Virus record (IMG/VR): IMGVR_UViG_3300029305_012082
Span: 32,001-96,000 of that record
Direction: 5' to 3' (one strand)
DNA: 64,000 nucleotides
Source of the DNA: a virus
Lineage: Duplodnaviria > Caudoviricetes
Part shown: piece after piece, positions 7,305-15,727 of the stretch
Position numbering within the stretch: the first letter of the stretch is position 1
How the letters are laid out: every line of letters starts with the position of its first letter
Notes under the pieces: generated by a model
Databases searched by the model: none
What the model was told of the DNA's origin: nothing
Seen by the model: only the letters and a program-made list of their open reading frames with translations
Position numbers and translations under genes: made by a program

Positions 7305-8837
7305 ATGCCCCCTAGCTTAGCAAAGGTGATTCGTCTGGACAATTTGCCATTGAACCAGACTTATTTCACCTCTGAAGGATATCTCGTAGACCGTCCTATT
7401 CTTACAACAACGGGTATATTCGAGTATCACAATGCTGACGGAAGCGTCAGAAGGGAGCTTCGACTCCCAGATGAAGTCTTTTCTGCTGAAAGCCTGAAGT
7501 CGTACAAGGGTCATCCGATTATCATAACCCATGATGCAGGTGAAGTTGACAAAAACAATGTCACCTCCCACCAGATCGGAACCATCCTTACAGAAGGATA
7601 TCGCAGTGGAGACGATGTCAGAGCTGAGATCATCATCCATGATACGGATAAGATGAAAGCAGCAGGACTCAAAGAACTTTCTCTTGGCTATCATGTCGAC
7701 CTAGACGAAACGCCCGGAGAATGGAATGGACAGCGATATGATGCCATTCAAAGAAACATTAGAATCAATCACCTCGCTTTGGTAAGAAACGCCAGAGCAG
7801 GTGAGCAGGCACGTCTGAACATTGACAGCCGTGATCCTGTCAGAAAACTACAAGGAGGAAAAGCAATGGCTAATCCCAAGCAAACTGAGACCAAGCCCAC
7901 TCAGCATGCCGACGGTCTCTTGACTTCAGAGCAGCTGGCTCAGGCAATTTCTGAGTACAAGGCTCGACGCAGTCAACAGCCTGTGCAGGACGAAGACCCC
8001 GTGCCTGCAGAAGAAACTGTCGTTGAAACCGCCGAGGAAACTGTTGTGGACGAAAACGCTGTTAGCGATGTCGAACAAAACGTTCTCACCACAGATGAAA
8101 AGATCTCTGCGATTAAGGAACGACAGGTGGCACGAGCCGGCGGAGAAGGTCCTTCTGATCTTGATGCCGCAAAGAGCGTTATTCTTCAGCAGGATGAGGA
8201 TCTGGCAACTCTGGTTGGTATCATCGATCAGATGAAGGCTGCTGAAGACTACAAGAACGCAAAGAATGATGCCGAGGACGATCAAAAGGACGAAGAAGTC
8301 CTGCCCGAGGACGACGTCAAAAATGATGAACAAGAGCCTGCCACTCCCGAAGAAACTGAAACGCACGAGGATCAAACTGATGTAGAAGATCCTGACGATC
8401 AGGATGATAAGAAGGATGGTGCTGGGTGCAATGAAGACTCTGCCGAAAGTGAGCCGACTACAGAACCTGCAGCCGAAGATGATAAGACCACCCTGAACGA
8501 AGATTCCATCGATGCAATCGTTACTCAGCGAGTGACCCTTGGCATTATGGGCCGCCAGCTGAATTTGGACGGCCTTGAGCACATGCCTGTTCTGGATGCA
8601 AAGAAGGCTATTATCTCCGCTGTCCGTCCCGGCATGCGGCTCGATGGCAAGAGTGAAGATTACATTGCTGCGGCGTTTGACCTTGCAGCTGCTGAAATCG
8701 AAGCTCAAAGTGAAAAGGACACCGCTTATCAAAAGCGACAGATGTTCAACAAGGACTCTGGTGCCGCAGAAGAAGCCGGCACCTCTGCTGCTGACGCTCG
8801 TCAGAGAATGATCGACCGTCAGACCAATAAGATTTAA
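7305..8837 (+). CDS. DUF2213-type prohead protease/scaffold
   Basis: EGYL...TGIFEY, ELSLGY and NHLALVRNARAG motifs; acidic C-terminal half; start moved to ATG after GGAGG. Confidence 0.88.
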   Translation: MPPSLAKVIRLDNLPLNQTYFTSEGYLVDRPILTTTGIFEYHNADGSVRRELRLPDEVFSAESLKSYKGHPIIITHDAGEVDKNNVTSHQIGTILTEGYRSGDDVRAEIIIHDTDKMKAAGLKELSLGYHVDLDETPGEWNGQRYDAIQRNIRINHLALVRNARAGEQARLNIDSRDPVRKLQGGKAMANPKQTETKPTQHADGLLTSEQLAQAISEYKARRSQQPVQDEDPVPAEETVVETAEETVVDENAVSDVEQNVLTTDEKISAIKERQVARAGGEGPSDLDAAKSVILQQDEDLATLVGIIDQMKAAEDYKNAKNDAEDDQKDEEVLPEDDVKNDEQEPATPEETETHEDQTDVEDPDDQDDKKDGAGCNEDSAESEPTTEPAAEDDKTTLNEDSIDAIVTQRVTLGIMGRQLNLDGLEHMPVLDAKKAIISAVRPGMRLDGKSEDYIAAAFDLAAAEIEAQSEKDTAYQKRQMFNKDSGAAEEAGTSAADARQRMIDRQTNKI

Positions 8838-8851
8838 GGAGGAATTCCATT

Positions 8852-9346
8852 ATGAGCGCACAAACCAGATACGGATTCACTACTCCCATTGGCGTCGCAG
8901 GTGGCATTTATGATCTCGCCCCCTACGAAATCAACACATTCCTGAACGAAGAAGAAACCGGCGTTATGAGCTTTGGCGTTGGCGTTGTGAAGGGCACCGC
9001 TCCCGGTGCAAACGTCAAGCTGCCTGCGGAAGGTGCAACTGCTGCTGATTTCGAAGGCATTACCGTCAACAACCGCACAACCGAGTACGGACTGGACGAC
9101 AAGGTCCGTGTTCGCAAGGGTGCCTCTATGGGCGTCATGCGCTATGGTCGTATTTACGGCCGTGTCGCAGCTGATGTTGAACCTGAATACGGCGAAGCCG
9201 TTTACATGGTTGCATCCGGCGAAGAAGCAGGTTTCTTCACCAATGTTGCTTCCGGCAATGTTGCGATCAAGGCACGTTTCGGCGGCAGTGTTGATCCCAT
9301 CCATAAGGTCGCACTGATTGAACTGTTCAATCAAGCACAGGCGTAA
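8852..9346 (+). CDS. capsid cement/decoration protein
   Basis: Lies between scaffold and capsid; FGVGVV...GVMRYGRI pattern. Confidence 0.75.
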   Translation: MSAQTRYGFTTPIGVAGGIYDLAPYEINTFLNEEETGVMSFGVGVVKGTAPGANVKLPAEGATAADFEGITVNNRTTEYGLDDKVRVRKGASMGVMRYGRIYGRVAADVEPEYGEAVYMVASGEEAGFFTNVASGNVAIKARFGGSVDPIHKVALIELFNQAQA

Positions 9347-9358
9347 GCAAGGAGGTAA

Positions 9359-10396
9359 ATGAATATGAGCACTCATACCAACTACAACCCTTCTGAAATG
9401 AAGGCTCTGCAGAATTCTGCTATCCCCACCGCCATCATGGCTTCTCCCGGCACAAGATTTGACAGCGCAGAACAGGCATCTGTTTTCTTTGCACAGGAAC
9501 TGGATCACGTCAAGGCTCAGTCCTACGACGTGGAATATCCTGAACTGACAGCTCTGAGCCTGTTCCCCGTCAGCTCTGAAGTTGACCCCGGCGCTGAGAC
9601 CGTTACTTATCATACCTACGATAAGACCGGCCTCGCAAAGGTCATCGACAACTATTCCACCGATCTGCCCCGTGCAGACGTGAACGGCAAGCCCGTCCAT
9701 GCAATCATCAAGTCCGTCGGCGACTCCTATGGTTACTCCGCACAGGAAATGAGAGCATCCAGACTGGCTGGCAAGTCCCTGGACTCCAGAAAGGCCGAAT
9801 CTGCACGTTTCCAGATCGACAACATTCTGAACAAGATCGCATGGGCCGGCGATGCAGAGTCCGGCCTGATGGGCGTTCTGTCCGAAGGTCAGAATATTCC
9901 TCTGTTCGCCATCGGCGCTGGTGCAAGCGGTGCTACCTCTTGGCTGGAAAAGACCGCAGATGAAATTCTGGCCGATGTTGCCGGTATGCAGAAGCAGGTC
10001 GCAAAGATGACAAAGAACGTTGAGCGTCCTGATACCCTTTGCCTGCCCTCCGATGTCTATCTGCATCTGAGCACTACCAGAATCCCCGACACTACCACCA
10101 CCGTGCTGTCCTTCATCAAGGAACATGCTCCCTATATCAAGAACATCGTTTCTGCCGCCGAGCTGGACAGCGACAGCACCTTCACCAATCCCTATGCTGC
10201 TGAAGAAGACGGTCAGGGCGTTGCATTCCTGTTCAAGAACGACAAGCGCAAGCTGTCTCTGGAAAATCCCATGCCCTTCTATCAGTATCCTCTGCAGGTC
10301 AGAAATCTGGAAACCATCATTCCTTGCGAGGCACGAACTGCCGGCGTCATTGTGTACTATCCCATGTCCGCTCTGATTGCCGTTGGCGTGTCCTGA
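9359..10396 (+). CDS. major capsid protein (DUF2184 type)
   Basis: YDKTGLAK, YGYSAQE, IAWAGD and RTAGVIVYYP motifs; strong codon bias. Confidence 0.9.
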   Translation: MNMSTHTNYNPSEMKALQNSAIPTAIMASPGTRFDSAEQASVFFAQELDHVKAQSYDVEYPELTALSLFPVSSEVDPGAETVTYHTYDKTGLAKVIDNYSTDLPRADVNGKPVHAIIKSVGDSYGYSAQEMRASRLAGKSLDSRKAESARFQIDNILNKIAWAGDAESGLMGVLSEGQNIPLFAIGAGASGATSWLEKTADEILADVAGMQKQVAKMTKNVERPDTLCLPSDVYLHLSTTRIPDTTTTVLSFIKEHAPYIKNIVSAAELDSDSTFTNPYAAEEDGQGVAFLFKNDKRKLSLENPMPFYQYPLQVRNLETIIPCEARTAGVIVYYPMSALIAVGVS

Positions 10397-10411
10397 TTTT
10401 TTTCGGCAACA

Positions 10412-10427
10412 CTTACCGATCGGTAAG
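10412..10427. promoter_or_regulatory. palindromic operator-like site
   Basis: CTTACCGATCGGTAAG; related sites at 41962, 45898, 51559, 57425, 60320. Confidence 0.6.
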
Positions 10428-10437
10428 AGAAATGAAA

Positions 10438-10463
10438 GGGAGGCTACCGCTTGGTAGCCTCCT
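10438..10463 (+). terminator. hairpin after major capsid gene
   Basis: GGAGGCTACC/GGTAGCCTCC stem. Confidence 0.55.
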
Positions 10464-10482
10464 TAACTTTAGGAGGTAAAAC

Positions 10483-10776
10483 ATGATTATCAAAAACACC
10501 AGCCCCAAGATCGTAAACATCGGCACCACAATGCTGCTGCCCGACAAGACCATGACCATCACCCCTGTTGTTGCAAATACTCCCGCAATCAAGGCTTTTA
10601 TCCGAACCAACGTGATTGCTGTCGTTCCTGAAGAAGTTCCGGAACAGGAGCAGCCTGATCCCAACGAAACCGACGACACCGCCGATCCCGAAACCGACGA
10701 CACTCAGGGCACAAAAACACCGAAGCCCAGAGGCCGGAAGAAGAAGGAAGAGGAGACCGAAAATAACGCCGAATAA
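10483..10776 (+). CDS. hypothetical head-associated protein
   Basis: AGGAGG RBS; position after capsid. Confidence 0.75.
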   Translation: MIIKNTSPKIVNIGTTMLLPDKTMTITPVVANTPAIKAFIRTNVIAVVPEEVPEQEQPDPNETDDTADPETDDTQGTKTPKPRGRKKKEEETENNAE

Positions 10777-10789
10777 GGAGTGACCGTCC

Positions 10790-11194
10790 ATGAAAATGTC
10801 AGCCATAGACATGATCCGGTTGATCGGAGCTGAGTTTGTCGACGTCGATGAAGATACGCTCAACGATTGGATCGAAATGGTAAGACCTATGGTAAGCCGT
10901 AAACAATTCGGCAGTCTCTATGAACAAGGACTTGCCTATTTGGTCTGTCACAAAATGAAGATGGCTGGCTATGGAGTCAATCCTTTGGGAGATATGGGAA
11001 CTATCGGCGTCGGCTTCTCCGTAGGAAGTGTTTCAGAAGGCGGCAGCAGTGTAAGCTACGGCGCGAACCAATCGTCGAATCTAGCAACGGATGCCGAGCT
11101 GGGTCTCACAGCCTATGGGGTGCAGTTTTTGCAGATTCGAAGATCCGTTATTGTGCCCATTCATTGTGGTGGGGAGAATGATTTGAATGTTTGA
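10790..11194 (+). CDS. head-tail adaptor (DUF4054-like)
   Basis: [15 protein letters not shown] and TAYGVQF motifs. Confidence 0.8.
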   Translation: MKMSAIDMIRLIGAEFVDVDEDTLNDWIEMVRPMVSRKQFGSLYEQGLAYLVCHKMKMAGYGVNPLGDMGTIGVGFSVGSVSEGGSSVSYGANQSSNLATDAELGLTAYGVQFLQIRRSVIVPIHCGGENDLNV

Positions 11195-11636
11195 TCTGAA
11201 AGACCTTACTCCTGAAGGCAAGAGGTATATGGAGCAGCTTAAACGGCTAACCGAACTTCAAGTCCACGTTGGATTTCAATCGGGAGATGATCCTTATGAA
11301 GACGGAACGGATCTGGTAAGTGTCGCTGCCTATAACGAATTCGGTTCCTCGTCAACTCCGGCCAGACCTTTTATGAAACAGAGCTTCGATAACAACGAAG
11401 ACAAGCTGAAGGCTCAAGGGGCGAAGGCAAACAGAGATCTCGCCAACGGAGCTTCCGCAGAAAGCATCTTAAAAGAGATGGGAGTTGTGGTGAAAGGCAT
11501 TGTTCAGCAGGAAATTGTTGAAGGCGACTTTGCTCCAAACGCTCCCTCTACTGTCCGGAGCAAAGGATCGGGACAACCTCTGATCGACACTGGCCACATG
11601 CGGCAATCGGTCAACTTCGTCATAAAGAAAGGATAG
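11187..11636 (+). CDS. neck/tail completion protein
   Basis: NEFG..PARPF, PNAPST and PLIDTG motifs. Confidence 0.8.
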   Translation: MFDLKDLTPEGKRYMEQLKRLTELQVHVGFQSGDDPYEDGTDLVSVAAYNEFGSSSTPARPFMKQSFDNNEDKLKAQGAKANRDLANGASAESILKEMGVVVKGIVQQEIVEGDFAPNAPSTVRSKGSGQPLIDTGHMRQSVNFVIKKG

Positions 11637-11643
11637 TAGACCG

Positions 11644-12075
11644 ATGAATATTAGGTTATTCAACAAGAAATACTGGGTCAGACGTTTCGAGGAGCAACGA
11701 GAAGTTCGTGGTTATCTCGCATCCGGTTACTCGGACTTTGTTGCAGATTTGAATGTCCACCCTCTGGGGACAGATCAGGTCATGACCCTTCCTGAAGGTC
11801 AGCGAAAAATCAAACGGCTCGAAGCTCACGGCGAGATTCAACTCGTCGTCGCAGATCAAGACAGCAACAGAAAAGGCGATCTTCTATTCTATCACGGAGA
11901 ATGGTTTGAGTGCATCTCATCACAGATGTGGGATCATACGGTCTTATCTCACTATAACTATCAGTTTGTGCTTGTTCCCAGAGATGCAGCACTTTCGACG
12001 GATATCGAACACGATCCAGTAGGAATACCCGGATCTCAAAAGGAGTGTCATTGCCATGAGAGTATCTGCTGCTAA
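11644..12075 (+). CDS. head closure protein
   Basis: Gene order; LPEG...GDLLFYHGEWFE pattern. Confidence 0.65.
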   Translation: MNIRLFNKKYWVRRFEEQREVRGYLASGYSDFVADLNVHPLGTDQVMTLPEGQRKIKRLEAHGEIQLVVADQDSNRKGDLLFYHGEWFECISSQMWDHTVLSHYNYQFVLVPRDAALSTDIEHDPVGIPGSQKECHCHESICC

Positions 12076-12808
12076 AGAACTCTTCCGGACTCTTGTGAAG
12101 AGGTATTTTCCCGGAGCTGTTGTTATTTTTGCGAACCAAAGCCGAGTAGCAAAGCCGCCGATTCCTCTTGTTGTTATAACGCCCGGAGCAGTAAGACGGA
12201 ACCAAACTCCCAATTACTCAATTGTAAACGGCGTCAATGTCGGGTTCTATCATTCGAAGATCCCGATGACTATTGATCTGTTTTCTCCCGGCGATCCAAT
12301 AAAGGATGACGATACAGGGCAGGTTGTTGCATACGCCAATTCTGCAGTGGACGATATGCTTAGTCTTGCAGACTATATCAACTCTCAAGATTCTGTTGAG
12401 TGGTCTCATCAGCATGACGTCAGTATGGTTATAGACGGAGATGTGCAGGATCTGACATCGATCGTTAATGATTCAAACTATGCATACCGCTCAAGAATGG
12501 TCGTCCAGTTTTACTTCACTCAAGCAGCTGTGGGATACTCCGCTGTTCTGTCTGAAGGCAGTATCCACTATCCCACACGCATAGACGATCCGATAACAGG
12601 AGAACCGCAATATACAGATCAAGAACCTGTTACTACGACAAGCCCGACTGGGGATTACGTTGATGAAGCAACAGAAAAAGAGCGAGATGCGGTAATAATT
12701 CCTGTTCAAGAACAGACGCCTAGCGGAGGCGGGTCTGTTGAGCTGGCCGATAAAGAAGCCGGCTACTTCACAAATGTTGTAATCAAGGAGGAAACAGGCA
12801 ATGAGTAA
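12056..12808 (+). CDS. tail terminator/neck protein
   Basis: Position immediately before sheath. Confidence 0.6.
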   Translation: MRVSAAKELFRTLVKRYFPGAVVIFANQSRVAKPPIPLVVITPGAVRRNQTPNYSIVNGVNVGFYHSKIPMTIDLFSPGDPIKDDDTGQVVAYANSAVDDMLSLADYINSQDSVEWSHQHDVSMVIDGDVQDLTSIVNDSNYAYRSRMVVQFYFTQAAVGYSAVLSEGSIHYPTRIDDPITGEPQYTDQEPVTTTSPTGDYVDEATEKERDAVIIPVQEQTPSGGGSVELADKEAGYFTNVVIKEETGNE

Positions 12809-13955
12809 AAATTACGACCAGATTGCAACTGTCAGCATCGACCTCGCCACCCCGCTGGTTGATGACACCAGTTTCGACAATCTCTGTATCGTAGGTCCTC
12901 TGCCCAAGACCGAACCCGATAATGCACCTCCCAAGATCGGCGTTTATGCCTCTTTGGAGGAAGTTGTTTCTGCTGGCTGGGTTGTCGTAGGCGAAGAGGC
13001 TGATCCTGTCGGTCTCGCAGCACTCGCCGCTTTCAGTCAATCTCCCACTCCGTCTAGCATCTACATTGCACCTCTGCAGACGGTTGAAACTGCAGAACTC
13101 GACACAGATGGAAACAACATCTATGTCTCAGAACCTGCCGTTAATGCTGTCCAGAGAGCCTGCGATGTCACTGGCTGGTACGTCCTTTGCACCGCTGGCG
13201 TTGATGCATCTGAGTACGAAGAAATTGCGGCTTATATCGAAACTCAGGACAGAATGTTCTGCTACACAGAACTGGACTGTTTCGAAGATGAGGTTGTAGA
13301 ATTTAAGCCTGCAGTCGGTGACGTGTATTACCGCACCATGTCTATCTACGGAAGACAGTACGCTGGTCAGCCCACAGAAGAAATTCCTGATGCAAACAAG
13401 TACATCAACTGCGCTTGGGTTGCAAAGTGGCTCAACTACGAGTCTGGTACTGAGACATCTGCTTTCAAGTCTCTTTCTGCAATCTATCCCAGTCAGCTCA
13501 CCTCTACAGAAATGGCAGCAATGAAGGCTGGCAATGTCAACTATTTCATTACTGTCGGCAATAAGAAGGTCTCCATGAACGGCAAGGTACGAGCCGGCGA
13601 ATGGGTTGACATCATCCGTTTCCGTGACTGGCTCAAGAACGACATGCAGGTCCGTGTTGTGAACCTGTTTGTCACGACTCCGAAGATCCCCTACACGGAT
13701 AATGGTATCAGTCTGGTGCAGAACCAGATGATCGCCTCTCTCAAGAATGGTCAAGATATTGGCGGCATCGCTCCCGATGAGTTTGACGTAGACGGCAACC
13801 GCATCCCCGGTTACTCTACGTCTGTGCCTCTGGCAGCAAGCATTCCTGCTTCCGACAAGGCATCCCGTGTCCTGACTGGCTGTAAATTCAAGGCAAGACT
13901 CGCCGGCGCAATTCACTTTGCGGAACTCAACGGCAGCTTGACCTACGAAATGTAA
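12801..13955 (+). CDS. tail sheath protein (DUF3383-like)
   Basis: [21 protein letters not shown] and LAGAIH motifs. Confidence 0.88.
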   Translation: MSKNYDQIATVSIDLATPLVDDTSFDNLCIVGPLPKTEPDNAPPKIGVYASLEEVVSAGWVVVGEEADPVGLAALAAFSQSPTPSSIYIAPLQTVETAELDTDGNNIYVSEPAVNAVQRACDVTGWYVLCTAGVDASEYEEIAAYIETQDRMFCYTELDCFEDEVVEFKPAVGDVYYRTMSIYGRQYAGQPTEEIPDANKYINCAWVAKWLNYESGTETSAFKSLSAIYPSQLTSTEMAAMKAGNVNYFITVGNKKVSMNGKVRAGEWVDIIRFRDWLKNDMQVRVVNLFVTTPKIPYTDNGISLVQNQMIASLKNGQDIGGIAPDEFDVDGNRIPGYSTSVPLAASIPASDKASRVLTGCKFKARLAGAIHFAELNGSLTYEM

Positions 13956-13972
13956 GGAAGGAGGCGCAATAA

Positions 13973-14389
13973 ATGGGTAAGATTAAGACTTACAATCCCA
14001 AGGAAGTTACTGTTGCATTCGGTAATCATATCGTCACTGGTTACGCTGATGACAGCTTTTTGTCCATTGATCCCGCAGGTGATGGCATGACAAAGAAAGT
14101 TGGATGCGATGGCGAAATTGTAAGAAGCGTAAACCCTGATGATACGTTTGTCGTTAAGTTGACTCTTCTGCAGACTTCTGATACAAATTCTTTCCTCCAG
14201 CAGAAACTTGCTCAGGACAGAAAGAGCGGAGACGGCATGTTCCCTGTGCTTATTAAGGATCTGAAAGGCGGTATGGTGTTCAGCACTGATGCCGCTTGGC
14301 CGATCAAAGCCACTTCCCGCAGCTTTGGCAAAGAGTCGTCCAACAGAGAGTGGGAGCTTCACACTGGTTCTGGTGAACTTACTGAATAA
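13973..14389 (+). CDS. tail tube protein (DUF3277-like)
   Basis: TYNPKEV, VGCDG and LLQTS..N motifs; follows sheath. Confidence 0.85.
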   Translation: MGKIKTYNPKEVTVAFGNHIVTGYADDSFLSIDPAGDGMTKKVGCDGEIVRSVNPDDTFVVKLTLLQTSDTNSFLQQKLAQDRKSGDGMFPVLIKDLKGGMVFSTDAAWPIKATSRSFGKESSNREWELHTGSGELTE

Positions 14390-14395
14390 AAATAG

Positions 14396-14425
14396 CAGGG
14401 TCGCTCCGCATGAGCGACCCTGTTT
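14396..14425 (+). terminator. hairpin/terminator after tube gene
   Basis: CAGGGTCGCTC/GAGCGACCCTG followed by TTT. Confidence 0.6.
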
Positions 14426-14457
14426 CACCAAGAAGAATGTCTATAGGGGGTAACATA

Positions 14458-15039
14458 ATGGCATTAAAACGAATGGAGGTCGTCACGAAAACCATTGGTG
14501 ACGCAACTTTCTACATCAAGCCTTTTGGCGCATTCACGTCCGCAAATCTGAGCGGAGAACTTGCAAAGATCATTTCCCCGTTTATCGGTGGAATTCTGCC
14601 TGCTGTATCTGCCGTATTTGGCAAACTTGATCTTGATGTTGAAAAAACACAAGCAACAACAACCGAAAATACTGGCGATATTATGGACATGCAACTGGAC
14701 GATGCTATCGGTGCATTTACAGATGCTTTTTCTACTCTCTCTGGCGATAAAATCGAACAACTCATGATGCAGTTGCTCATCAACAACCAGAATATATCCG
14801 TCAATTGCTATGCAACGGAAGATAGACCTCAACTTCTCACCAAAGATCTTGCTGATGAAATTTTCTGTACCGACATTCAGGATATGTATATTCTCTGTTT
14901 TGAGGTTATCAGAATTAACTTCAAGGGTTTTTTCAAGAAGCTCGGAGGCCGATTTGGAAAGCTGCAAGGAATTATTCAGCGGTTGACTCCGAGTACAGCA
15001 AATACGGATACCTCGATGCAAGCCAGTTCTGCGAACTAG
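14458..15039 (+). CDS. tail assembly chaperone (G-like)
   Basis: Between tube and tape measure; contains slippery site. Confidence 0.8.
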   Translation: MALKRMEVVTKTIGDATFYIKPFGAFTSANLSGELAKIISPFIGGILPAVSAVFGKLDLDVEKTQATTTENTGDIMDMQLDDAIGAFTDAFSTLSGDKIEQLMMQLLINNQNISVNCYATEDRPQLLTKDLADEIFCTDIQDMYILCFEVIRINFKGFFKKLGGRFGKLQGIIQRLTPSTANTDTSMQASSAN

Positions 15040-15200
15040 AAATGAGAATGTACACGCTAATCAAGGCGAAGATCGCCTCAAAATCAGAGCTTGATGAAGC
15101 ATACACCCTTGATGAAGCGTTGAAGTTATACGCACTTTATAGCATGGACTGTGACATAGAACGTGCCGTTTCAGAAGAAATGAAGCGACAGTCTGATTAA
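14925..15200 (+). CDS. -1 frameshift extension of tail chaperone (G-T-like)
   Basis: G GGT TTT heptamer at 14925-14931; -1 frame open to TAA at 15198-15200. Confidence 0.75.
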   Translation, partial: GFFQEARRPIWKAARNYSAVDSEYSKYGYLDASQFCELEMRMYTLIKAKIASKSELDEAYTLDEALKLYALYSMDCDIERAVSEEMKRQSD

Positions 15201-15230
15201 AAGATTCTCTCCTTCCGCATATGCGTATTC

Positions 15231-15262
15231 AAAAGACCTCCCATTGGTGTGGGAGGTCTTTT
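15231..15262. terminator. bidirectional terminator
   Basis: AAAAGACCTCCCA/TGGGAGGTCTTTT between convergent genes. Confidence 0.8.
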
Positions 15263-15270
15263 GTTACGGG

Positions 15271-15639
15271 TCAGTATAGAACAGAAAGCAAAAATTTATG
15301 AGTTTTTTCATCAATTTCGCAGAGAGCCTTCTTACCGTCATTGAAAACTATAGATACTTGATAGGTTGTTTTGCTTTTGCCTGATGCTGCTCCGGCAATA
15401 GCACCGACCCCACCGAACAATAATGCTCCAGCAGCCCCTCTTGCGGCTCCACTGATAAGGCTTTTTCTAGACGACTGATCTACGACCTCCCATTCAGAAA
15501 CAGTGTTTTTGTTCACAAAAATCTTTTTTGGGCCGATAAGAAATCTTGGCACAGAAATCAACAGGCCCTTTCTGGCGTTCTTCCATGTTATAACGCCGCC
15601 CTTATAATCGCCAGCAATTACTTGATTCAAATCCGACAC
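15271..15639 (-). CDS. moron-like protein with glycine-zipper segment
   Basis: AAAGGAG RBS on - strand; GAAGALLFGGVGAIAGAASGK; own promoter and terminator. Confidence 0.8.
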   Translation of the reverse strand: MSDLNQVIAGDYKGGVITWKNARKGLLISVPRFLIGPKKIFVNKNTVSEWEVVDQSSRKSLISGAARGAAGALLFGGVGAIAGAASGKSKTTYQVSIVFNDGKKALCEIDEKTHKFLLSVLY

Positions 15640-15668
15640 ACTCCTTTGTAATTAGTGGAAGCGATTTC

Positions 15669-15697
15669 ATTTTAACAGTCTTTCTTCTGTGCGTCAA
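15669..15697 (-). promoter_or_regulatory. sigma-A-type promoter of the reverse gene
   Basis: TTGACG-17nt-TAAAAT with TG extension on - strand. Confidence 0.7.
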
Positions 15698-15727
15698 TCC
15701 TCATATGGTACGAACGGTGGTGTTCTT

